Assembly (NCBI GenBank): GCA_024278215.1
Contig: JAJRTR010000150.1
Location: 1 to 36,647, forward strand
Origin: a bacterium
GTDB taxonomy: Bacteria > UBP15 > UBA6099 > JAJRTR01
DNA: 36,647 nucleotides
Reading direction: 5' to 3'
Shown: positions 9,534-17,532 of the stretch, piece by piece
Layout of the letters: each line of letters opens with the position of its first letter
Numbering within the stretch: position 1 is the first letter of the stretch
The notes under the pieces: generated by a model
The model's database searches: none
Seen by the model: only the letters and a program-made list of their open reading frames with translations
Told to the model about the DNA's origin: nothing
Position numbers and translations under genes: made by a program

Positions 9534-9914
9534 TTATTTCCCTTTTTTCTTTCTCATAAGTTTCCTGATCCCCTCTATCAGCACTTCCCTCTCGAACGGC
9601 TTATCAAGTAGCAGGTCAGCGTTTCTTTCTCGTGCCTGCTGTTTCCTTTCTTCCGTGAAGACCACGCTCATGACTATTACGGGAAGGTCAGGACGCGCAT
9701 CTTTTATCATCTCCAGAAGGTAAAGTCCGTGCATGCGAGGCATCGAATAATCAGTGATGACAATATCGAATTCCTCTTTTTCGATATGTCCGAGCGCCTC
9801 ATTGTAATTCAATGCGCATGTAACAACAGCGCCATCCAGCTCCAGCAGCACCTTAAACAGATCCAGGAAGTCCTGCTCATTGTCCACAAGAAGGATTTTA
9901 ATCGGTTGTCCCAT
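9534..9914 (-). CDS. Stand-alone response regulator receiver (CheY-like) protein
   Basis: ILLVDNE, DIVITDYSMPRMHG (phospho-acceptor Asp), PVIVMS, LDKPF. Confidence 0.93.
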   Translation of the reverse strand: MGQPIKILLVDNEQDFLDLFKVLLELDGAVVTCALNYNEALGHIEKEEFDIVITDYSMPRMHGLYLLEMIKDARPDLPVIVMSVVFTEERKQQARERNADLLLDKPFEREVLIEGIRKLMRKKKGK

Positions 9915-10255
9915 GAATCACTCAACTTATCCCGTCGTCATAATACACTGGATTCCCGCATTAAACAGGAACAACGCAAAAGAGCAGAACCGACACATTG
10001 CCGACACCTCGCAACTTACTGCGTGCGGCTTCATTTCTGTTTGCTGATATTAACGTCCCGGCTTTTGAACTATGTCTGAAATTATATAATATAAACGACA
10101 GAATGTTAATCGTTTCCGAACCAATTTTTTATTTTTTTGCAGCGACTGTTTCGAGCCGGGTGTTTTTTCAGTGTGAACCGTCCGCCTTTAGAAATAGTGA
10201 AAAACAAACTTTAGACTTCATAAATTTATACCCTGAAAAAGGTCGTTTTAAACAA

Positions 10256-10285
10256 TAACCCGCATTTGTGAAATATGCGGGATAA
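10256..10285. repeat. Short palindromic repeat, copy 2
   Basis: taacccgcatttgtgaaatatgcgggataa is the exact reverse complement of 28118-28147. Confidence 0.85.
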
Positions 10286-10390
10286 ACGCAGCAACACTTC
10301 AACCGGGTGAAGAATTCCCGGGTGTACGAGCCGGCTCAAAAGCGGCAATGTCAATTGGGAGTCAGTGAAGTAAGCAAGAGCAGATGCCTG

Positions 10391-11026
10391 TTACCGGTCG
10401 ATTGTATCGAGAATATCCTTTTCCGGGATCATTCCTTCACGGATCACTGTTACGAGATCCCCGTTGACGGAAACGACAGTGGAGGGAGACGCACAGGATA
10501 GTGTTCCGCCGTCGATGAGGGCATCAATCTGCCCCTGGAAATAATGGACGGCTTCCCTGCATGTCTTGGCGACGGGCTTGCCGCTGGGGTTTGCGCTTGT
10601 AGCGACGATCACGCCTCCGCAGCGGTGCACGAGGTCGAGACAAAGCTTGTGGTCGGGCATGCGGAATCCTACTTTGCCCGCCGGGGCGAGTTTTTCCGGT
10701 ACTCGCGCGGGGGCGATCTCAAGCACCAGCGTCATCGGACCCGGCCAGAACTTTTCCATCAGTTTTATCGCGCCCGTACTCGGTTCCGCGCCCCATTCAG
10801 CAAGTATTTTTTTGTCTGAAATAAGAACCTGAAACGGTTTTCCCTTCGCCCTGCCTTTGAGACCCGCAAGGTTTTCCACGCCCCTGTTGTCAACCTTCGA
10901 TCCGCATCCGTAGACGGTTTCGGTGGGAAAGACAACTATTCCGCAATTATCTATTATGTCGACTATCGCGCCGGCGTTTTCGTTCCAGTCTTCCGCCGGT
11001 ATAATGTTTATCTGCTTTCTTGCCAT
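10391..11026 (-). CDS. tsaC: L-threonylcarbamoyladenylate synthase (YrdC/TsaC, short form without Sua5 domain)
   Basis: VVFPTETVYG, KGR, FWPGPMTLV, ATSANPSG, STVV motifs; lies downstream of prmC. Confidence 0.93.
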   Translation of the reverse strand: MARKQINIIPAEDWNENAGAIVDIIDNCGIVVFPTETVYGCGSKVDNRGVENLAGLKGRAKGKPFQVLISDKKILAEWGAEPSTGAIKLMEKFWPGPMTLVLEIAPARVPEKLAPAGKVGFRMPDHKLCLDLVHRCGGVIVATSANPSGKPVAKTCREAVHYFQGQIDALIDGGTLSCASPSTVVSVNGDLVTVIREGMIPEKDILDTIDR

Positions 11027-11892
11027 CCTGTGACAACCCTTTCTATTCCGCCCAGATCATTATGAACCACGCAATCGACAAAGCCGGACGTTTTCATGAT
11101 GCTGCGCACTTCGCCGGCCTGGCCCGCGCCGACTTCGAGGGCGAGCAGTCCGCCCGGTTTCAAGTGTCCCGGCGCGCCGGCGATGATTCGCTTTATCGTA
11201 TCCAGCCCGTCCGGGCCGCCGTCGAGCGCAACGTGCGGATCGTGGTCCCTGACGACCGGCGGCAGGTCCGGGATGTCGGCGGTCGGTATATACGGCGGGT
11301 TCGCGAGTATCGCGTCGAACGCGGCGCGGCCTGTGCCGAGCGGTTCGTACAAGTCGCCGCGCAATATTCTAAGTCTGTTTCCGAGTCCGGTCGACGCTGC
11401 GTTTTCCGCAATGTTTTTCGCGGCGTCCGGGTCTATCTCGACCGCTACGGCTTCCGCTTCCGCATCTTTCAGAAACGAGAGCGTCGAAAGGCATACAACG
11501 CCTGTGCCCGCGCACAGATCGAGTATGCGTTTCGGGCCGTCTGTCATTTTATCGCTGATAAGTTTCACGGCGACTTCCACGAGTGTCTCCGTTTCGGGGC
11601 GCGGGATGAAAACGCCCGGCATGACTTTAAAAAAATTAGAGAAAAACTGGGCGTCGCCGAGTATTATCTGTATCGGCTCTCCTCCGGCCAGCCGCCCGCA
11701 CCGGGCGCGTACGGCTTCGACACCTGTTTTGCTTACCTGCCTGTTGTAATCCGCGAATATGTTCACGCGCTTCATTTTCAGAGTGTGCGAGATTATTATC
11801 TCCGCACAAATGTTCGGTCGCTCGATGTTGTGTTTGCGCAACAGGGCGGTCATCTCGCGTTGAAGTTCTGTAAGAGTCGTCATACGGCTCAA
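11008..11892 (-). CDS. prmC: Release factor glutamine methyltransferase PrmC/HemK
   Basis: [34 protein letters not shown]; overlaps the prfA stop. Confidence 0.96.
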   Translation of the reverse strand: MSRMTTLTELQREMTALLRKHNIERPNICAEIIISHTLKMKRVNIFADYNRQVSKTGVEAVRARCGRLAGGEPIQIILGDAQFFSNFFKVMPGVFIPRPETETLVEVAVKLISDKMTDGPKRILDLCAGTGVVCLSTLSFLKDAEAEAVAVEIDPDAAKNIAENAASTGLGNRLRILRGDLYEPLGTGRAAFDAILANPPYIPTADIPDLPPVVRDHDPHVALDGGPDGLDTIKRIIAGAPGHLKPGGLLALEVGAGQAGEVRSIMKTSGFVDCVVHNDLGGIERVVTGWQESR

Positions 11893-12995
11893 TCGGTTCC
11901 GCCCGCCTCCAGTGCTTCCTGTTCTTCGGCGGCTTCGCGCATGTGTTTCACGAGGGGCTCGAGGATCAGGCCCAGTTCGCCTTCAATGATCAGGTCCAGT
12001 TTGTAGAGAGTGATGCCTGCGCGGTGATCCGTCAGCCTGTTTTGAGGGAAGTTGTAAGTCCTTATTCTTTCGCTGCGGTCGCCGGAGCCCACCTGGTTTT
12101 TGCGGTCCGCCGATATCTGTTGTTGCTGCTCGTGCTGAAGCTGGTCGAGTATCCTTGCGCGCAGCAGGCGCATGGCTTTAGCCCTGTTCTGGTGCTGAGA
12201 GCGCTCGTCCTGACACTCGACGACAAGGCCGGTCGGTATATGCTGGATGCGCACGGCGGAGTCAGTTTTGTTGACGTGCTGGCCGCCGGCGCCCTGCGCG
12301 CGGTAGGTGTCGATCTTCAGGTAGACAGGGTTGATCTCGACTTCCACCTCGTCGGGTTCGACGAGAACGGCGACGGTGGCAGCGGAAGTGTGTATGCGCC
12401 CGCTTGTTTCGGTCACCGGAACACGCTGCACGCGGTGCACGCCGCTTTCATATTGCAGCAGGTAAAAGGAACCGTTGCCTTTGACGGAGAAAACGACTTC
12501 CTTGAACCCGCCGAGTTGTGTTGGCGACGCGCTGAGCGGTTCTAAAGTCCAGCCCTGGTTTTCGGCGAAGCGGGAATACATGCGGTAGAGGTCGCCGGCG
12601 AAAAGAGCGGCTTCGTCGCCGCCGGTGCCGGACCGTATTTCCAGGATCACCGGCCTGTTCGCGTCATCGCCGCCGCCTTCGAGTTTTTCTTCGATCCTGG
12701 TTTCGCATTCTGCAAGTTTTCGCTCGAGTTCCGCAGACTCTTCGCGGAAGAGATCCGCCATTTCCGGATCGGATTCTTTTTCCGCTTCCTCGCGGCACTT
12801 CGCGAGTTCATCTTGTATATGCACGAATTCCCTGTACAGCCTGCTTAGCGGTTCGATTGTGGAGAATTCTTTGCCGAGTTCCCGAAGTTTCTCCGGATTC
12901 GATGTTACGTCGCTGTCGGCCATCAGCTTTTCGAGCGCATCGCATCTGTCGCTGACGGCTTTGAGTTTTTTTGATCTTGCGTTGGAAAGAGCCAT
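11889..12995 (-). CDS. prfA: Peptide chain release factor 1
   Basis: [14 protein letters not shown] anticodon-mimic (VQRVPVTE), [17 protein letters not shown]. Confidence 0.97.
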   Translation of the reverse strand: MALSNARSKKLKAVSDRCDALEKLMADSDVTSNPEKLRELGKEFSTIEPLSRLYREFVHIQDELAKCREEAEKESDPEMADLFREESAELERKLAECETRIEEKLEGGGDDANRPVILEIRSGTGGDEAALFAGDLYRMYSRFAENQGWTLEPLSASPTQLGGFKEVVFSVKGNGSFYLLQYESGVHRVQRVPVTETSGRIHTSAATVAVLVEPDEVEVEINPVYLKIDTYRAQGAGGQHVNKTDSAVRIQHIPTGLVVECQDERSQHQNRAKAMRLLRARILDQLQHEQQQQISADRKNQVGSGDRSERIRTYNFPQNRLTDHRAGITLYKLDLIIEGELGLILEPLVKHMREAAEEQEALEAGGTD

Positions 12996-13089
12996 CCGTG
13001 TTGCACCTCATAATACAAAAGCTCCGTTGGAAGCGGAGCCTTTGGTGGATTCTATGACATCGCATATGTGCGCGAATTTGTCGTGGGAG

Positions 13090-13557
13090 CTAGCTGTCCT
13101 GTTTGTTTTCTTCTTCCCGGGGTGCCGCGCCGGATTCGCTGTCGACCGCCTCGGGCGCGTCCTGTTGTGGGGCATCGTCTGTTGCCGCATCGGCAGCATC
13201 GGGTGCCGTTTCCTCCGCGGGAGTTGCCGCATCGGGCTGTGCTTCCGGTTCGGTGTCGGCAGAGGTGTCGTCAGCAGATTTTTCGCTGTTTTCCATTGCT
13301 TCCACTTCTTCGTCGGTGAGGCGTTTTCTTTTTTTCTTTTTCTTATAACTGCGCTGTGCTTCTTCGCCGTATTTTCTGAAGAATTTATCGACGCGCCCCG
13401 CAGTATCGACAAACTTCTGTTTGCCGGTGAAGAAGGGGTGGCAGGCCGAGCAGATATCCAGCCTGATTGTTTCCTGAGTCGAACCTACAGAGAATTCGTT
13501 TCCGCAGGCACATCTGACCTTGGCCTGGTAGTAATTAGGTTGTATGTCTTTTTTCAC
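13090..13557 (-). CDS. rpmE: 50S ribosomal protein L31 (Zn-binding type) with long acidic C-terminal extension
   Basis: MKKDIQPNY...CACGN...DICSACHPFFTGKQKFVDTAGRVDKF, followed by a K-rich stretch and a D/E/A-rich tail. Confidence 0.93.
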   Translation of the reverse strand: MKKDIQPNYYQAKVRCACGNEFSVGSTQETIRLDICSACHPFFTGKQKFVDTAGRVDKFFRKYGEEAQRSYKKKKKRKRLTDEEVEAMENSEKSADDTSADTEPEAQPDAATPAEETAPDAADAATDDAPQQDAPEAVDSESGAAPREEENKQDS

Positions 13558-13612
13558 TTCTGATCACGCCTTTCGTGTGTTTCGGGCACAACAAGTTGCC
13601 GCCAAGATGATT

Positions 13613-13641
13613 ATGATAGCAACTTACGGTCAAAATATCAA
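13613..13641 (-). promoter_or_regulatory. sigma70-type promoter for rpmE-prfA-prmC-tsaC
   Basis: TTGATA-17 bp-TATCAT with extended -10 TG on the minus strand, about 55 bp upstream of rpmE. Confidence 0.6.
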
Positions 13642-13656
13642 TCCCGTGAGTTATTT

Positions 13657-14931
13657 TCAGGAGTTGACATATTGGAGCGACTGGAGGAATGTCTCGTTTG
13701 TTTTCATGTTGTTGAGCCTTTCGATGACAAGTTCTGTGGCCTGAGTTTCATCCAGTGCGTTGATGAGTTTCCTGAGTTTCCAGATTTTTTCGCGTTCTTC
13801 GTTGGAGTAGAGCAGTTCTTCGTGCCGTGTGCCGGACTTGACGATGTCGATAGCCGGGAAGATGCGTTTGTCCGCGAGTGTTCGGCTGAGCTGGAGCTCC
13901 ATGTTGCCGGTGCCTTTGAATTCTTCGAAGATGACCTCGTCGAGCCTGCTGCCCGTGTCGATCAGGGCGGTTGCGACAACGGTGAGGCTGCCGCCGCCTT
14001 CCAGGTTGCGGGCAGCACCGAAGAAGCGTTTGGGTTTATGCAGTGCGTTGGGGTCGAGCCCGCCGGAGAGTGTGCGTCCGCTGGGTGGAACAGTGAGGTT
14101 GTACGCCCTTGCGAGCCTGGTGACGCTGTCGAGGAGTATAAGCACGTCGCTGCCCATTTCCACGAGTCTTTTGGCACGTCTGAGCACGAGTTCGGCGACG
14201 GCGATGTGGTGTTCCGGTTTTTCGTCGAAAGTGGAACTTATGACATCGCCTGCGACGGACCTGCGGAAATCCGTGACTTCCTCGGGGCGCTCGTCGATGA
14301 GTAGTGCCATGAGGATGATGTTCGGATGGTTGTGGGTCACGCTGTTGGCGATTTTTTTAAGCAGGATCGTTTTGCCGGCCTTGGGCGGCGAAACGATCAG
14401 CGCGCGCTGGCCGCGTCCGATGGGAGCGATGAGGTCGATAATGCGTGTGGAAATGTCTTTAGGGTTATATTCCATCTTGAGTCGATCGTCGGGATATATG
14501 GGTACAAGGGTGTCGAACTTCTTGCGGTTCTTGGACTCCTCGGGCGGCATACCGTTGACGGCCTCCACTCGAAGAAGACTGTAGTAGCGTTCGTTTTCCT
14601 TGGGTGGACGCACCTGCCCAGCCACGACGTCTCCGGGTCGCAGGCCGAACCGCTTTGTCTGTGAGATCGACACATAGATGTCGTCGCTGCCTACGGTGAA
14701 GCCTTTTCTCCTGAGAAATCCGAACCCATCGGAAACGAGGTCGAGTATGCCTTCCCCGTAAATGAGTCCGTTAGTGTGAGCGCGAAGCTCCATGATTTTC
14801 TTGATCAATTCCTGTTTTCTGTACTTCTGAGGACTTTTAATCCCTTTTTCTGAAGCGATCTTGTGCAGCTCTGTTACTGTGTGTGCTTCGAGTTCTGCGA
14901 GTTCCATATCTTTCTCCCGTGCGTTTTCCAT
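13657..14931 (-). CDS. rho: Transcription termination factor Rho
   Basis: [22 protein letters not shown] (P-loop), [22 protein letters not shown]. Confidence 0.98.
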   Translation of the reverse strand: MENAREKDMELAELEAHTVTELHKIASEKGIKSPQKYRKQELIKKIMELRAHTNGLIYGEGILDLVSDGFGFLRRKGFTVGSDDIYVSISQTKRFGLRPGDVVAGQVRPPKENERYYSLLRVEAVNGMPPEESKNRKKFDTLVPIYPDDRLKMEYNPKDISTRIIDLIAPIGRGQRALIVSPPKAGKTILLKKIANSVTHNHPNIILMALLIDERPEEVTDFRRSVAGDVISSTFDEKPEHHIAVAELVLRRAKRLVEMGSDVLILLDSVTRLARAYNLTVPPSGRTLSGGLDPNALHKPKRFFGAARNLEGGGSLTVVATALIDTGSRLDEVIFEEFKGTGNMELQLSRTLADKRIFPAIDIVKSGTRHEELLYSNEEREKIWKLRKLINALDETQATELVIERLNNMKTNETFLQSLQYVNS

Positions 14932-15312
14932 AGATTCTCCTGCTTAAGCTTTTATTGCAATTTATTCATCGATATGGTTTTGGAAAGATGAATTCAATTT
15001 GATGTGAGCGTAATTCTGCCGGGCCTTTTCATGATGCTTTTCTCCGGCGTTTCCGTTCCTGTCCGGTATCAGCCGTTTAATAATGTATTACATATAGGTC
15101 CATGAGCCGTCAGGGATGGAACGCCATTTTCCACTTTTGGAGAAGTCGCCCGGATGTTTCGGGCATTGCGACAACCTTAATGTAACTTATCAAATGCGTT
15201 AATTGTTCATTGTTGTCCAGCGTTACCGGGTTATGTTCCTGATCCTCAATTGTCGCTTAAGAGTGGATTTTGGATACTAGAAAAATCAGAATCAACTTCT
15301 GCTGCCAGTGAC

Positions 15313-15341
15313 ATGATAACGGCAAGTATCCATAATGTCAA
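15313..15341 (-). promoter_or_regulatory. sigma70-type promoter for rho (implies a ~375-nt leader)
   Basis: TTGACA-17 bp-TATCAT on the minus strand. Confidence 0.6.
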
Positions 15342-15387
15342 CTGTATGCCGAAAATATTTTTTGTCGTCATCGGGCGTTATCGACGA

Positions 15388-15416
15388 TTGGGTTTCAAAC
15401 CGAATATGGTTATAAT
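15388..15416 (+). promoter_or_regulatory. Possible promoter for def
   Basis: TTGGGT-17 bp-TATAAT; the -35 element is weak. Confidence 0.35.
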
Positions 15417-15509
15417 AGAATCGATTGCAGCAGAATCGGAATCTTGCAATCGGTTCACTAGTATGTGTGTGGTTCAGGGTAATGGAGATTTTACAGGGAG
15501 AATGAAGAT

Positions 15510-16136
15510 ATGGCGATACTGGAGATTGTTACGGATGATCACCCTGCGCTGAAAAAGAGTTGCAAAAAAGTGAGAAAGATTACGGAAGAGATCAGGCAAC
15601 TCGCCGCCGGTATGCTGGACACGCTCGACGCGAGCGGCAACGGCGTGGGGCTCGCGGCGAACCAGGTCGCCCGCAATGTAAGGGTGATCGCTGTTTGGGA
15701 CGGAGAAGAAGGTACCGACATTTATATAAATCCGAAGATTGTTTCCAGGTCGGGCCAGATAGATTACGACACGGAAGGTTGCCTGAGTTTCCCCACGCTG
15801 TTCGGTACGGTCGGCAGAGACACGATGATCGAGCTTCACGCGCAGGACCTCGATATGAAAAAGATAAAGCTGGTTGTCGAGGGTTTCAGGGCAAGAATAT
15901 TTCAGCATGAAGTGGATCACCTTAACGGTATCACTTTTCTCGAACGGGTCGAGGAAGGCACTCTTAAAGAGGTGATTCCCGGGGAAGATGACGACGAACC
16001 GGAAGAGGGTGAAGCATCATGCGCCGGGGCCGAAACCGCCGACACGGTGGATGTCGAGCGTCTTGAAGAAATAAATGCAGACGAAAAAATCACGGGGAAG
16101 CAACCCTCCGCCGGTCCCGACGGGGCGCAGTGCTGA
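15510..16136 (+). CDS. def: Peptide deformylase with acidic C-terminal tail
   Basis: GVGLAANQV, EGCLSFP, QHEVDHLNG motifs. Confidence 0.96.
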   Translation: MAILEIVTDDHPALKKSCKKVRKITEEIRQLAAGMLDTLDASGNGVGLAANQVARNVRVIAVWDGEEGTDIYINPKIVSRSGQIDYDTEGCLSFPTLFGTVGRDTMIELHAQDLDMKKIKLVVEGFRARIFQHEVDHLNGITFLERVEEGTLKEVIPGEDDDEPEEGEASCAGAETADTVDVERLEEINADEKITGKQPSAGPDGAQC

Positions 16137-16168
16137 TTTTTACTTGAATCATTTGATCGGAGCTGAAA

Positions 16169-17152
16169 TTGCGAAACAGCAACGTAAACAAGTGGGACGG
16201 GATTGTGCAGGGGCGGCGGCATTTCATGCAGACGCTCGGCGCAGCCGGGCTTGCCTGTTATGGTGTGACGCTGGCAGGCTGCAAGTCCGGTTTTTCGCGT
16301 GCGGAAGCAGAGACGGCGCGGAAGCCGGTGAAAAGCAGGCTGAAAGAGGGCGTCTTCGCCGTGCGGGGCGGCGACGATCCGTATAAATTGACAGTGGCGG
16401 CAGTGGCGGCGGCGGGCGGCATGGACAGCCTGGTGTCGAAAGGCGACACTGTGCTTGTAAAGCCTAATATAGCGTGGGACCGTTCACCCGAACTGGCGGC
16501 GACGACAAACCCGCGGGTTGTCGCGGCTCTTGTGGAAATGGCACTCGATGCCGGTGCCGCGAAAGTTAAGGTGATGGACCGGACATGCAACAGAGCGCGA
16601 AAAAGTTATGAGAGAAGCGGCATAAAGGAAGCTGCGCGAAAAGCAGGCGCGGAAGTCCTTTATGCCGACGACGACAGGTTCGTTTCGGTAACGATACCCG
16701 ATGGAAAACTGCTGAAAGAGTGGCGGTTGTTGCGGGATGCTGTCGAGGCCGATGTTTTTATCAACGCACCGATCGTCAAACACCACGGCGCTGTAGGCAT
16801 GACCGCCGGTATGAAGAATCTCATGGGTTGCGCGGGCGGCAACAGGGGCGCGTGGCATGTGGGCGACATAGACCAGCGCATCGCCGATGTACAGACTGTC
16901 ATCAGGCCGGATATGGTCGTGATCGACGCTTTCCGGATGCTCATGGCTCATGGCCCGCAGGGCGGCAGTCTCGCCGATGTCAAGCAGGCCTCGACCGTTG
17001 CCGTGTCCACAGACATCGTCGCCGCAGACGCTTACGCGGCGAAGGTTTTCGGCGCGGATGCTCGAGATTTTGTTTACATCAGGTATGCCTCTGAAATGGG
17101 GCTCGGCGAAATGAACCTTGCCGATGTCAATTTGCGCGAGGAATCTGTCTGA
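16169..17152 (+). CDS. DUF362-family protein with twin-arginine (Tat) signal; start uncertain (TTG 16169 or GTG 16205)
   Basis: GRRHF plus hydrophobic stretch; VLVKPNIAW, TTNPRVV, DRTC, PIVKHH, GMKNLMG, DIVAADA. Confidence 0.82.
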   Translation: MRNSNVNKWDGIVQGRRHFMQTLGAAGLACYGVTLAGCKSGFSRAEAETARKPVKSRLKEGVFAVRGGDDPYKLTVAAVAAAGGMDSLVSKGDTVLVKPNIAWDRSPELAATTNPRVVAALVEMALDAGAAKVKVMDRTCNRARKSYERSGIKEAARKAGAEVLYADDDRFVSVTIPDGKLLKEWRLLRDAVEADVFINAPIVKHHGAVGMTAGMKNLMGCAGGNRGAWHVGDIDQRIADVQTVIRPDMVVIDAFRMLMAHGPQGGSLADVKQASTVAVSTDIVAADAYAAKVFGADARDFVYIRYASEMGLGEMNLADVNLREESV

Positions 17153-17272
17153 ACGACGCGCGGGTTGCGGTTGCGTAACATTACCGTTTCCTCAACAGGC
17201 CCTTATCGCGTCATAAGCAACAACATGTTGTCGCTAATTCAGATAAAACTTATGTGTACCGTGCTCAAACTT

Positions 17273-17395
17273 GATTCCGGCGCAAAAAGTCCGTGTTGAG
17301 TCTTAATGGAAAACAGTCAGCGAAAAACGGGGACTGGCAACGCGGTAGAACAGGCGTTATCGCGATTTTCCGGATTTCTTTGTGAGAAATCCGGG
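17273..17395. mobile_element. Chimeric remnant: half of MITE family B joined to the right half of ERIC-like family C
   Basis: 17273-17335 is the reverse complement of 26082-26144 with 1 mismatch; 17337-17395 matches 28238-28296. Confidence 0.8.
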
Positions 17396-17532
17396 TTAGA
17401 CCGTGTGCCGTGCTCGAACCGCATTTGTTTGGGCACGAAAATGCGGCTTGTTTACATTCGTTCCAGGTCGGAGCACCGGAATGATAAAAACAATCATTAC
17501 TTGCCTGCCCGGGGGATGGACTGCTCGATTTG

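Noticed and set aside
11889..12995. Programmed frameshift in the release factor
   Set aside because: This is RF1 (PVT motif) with an uninterrupted frame; the known frameshift belongs to prfB.
11020..14675. Plus-strand ORFs over prmC, prfA, rpmE and rho (328, 312, 251 aa etc.)
   Set aside because: Antisense shadows of well-conserved genes.
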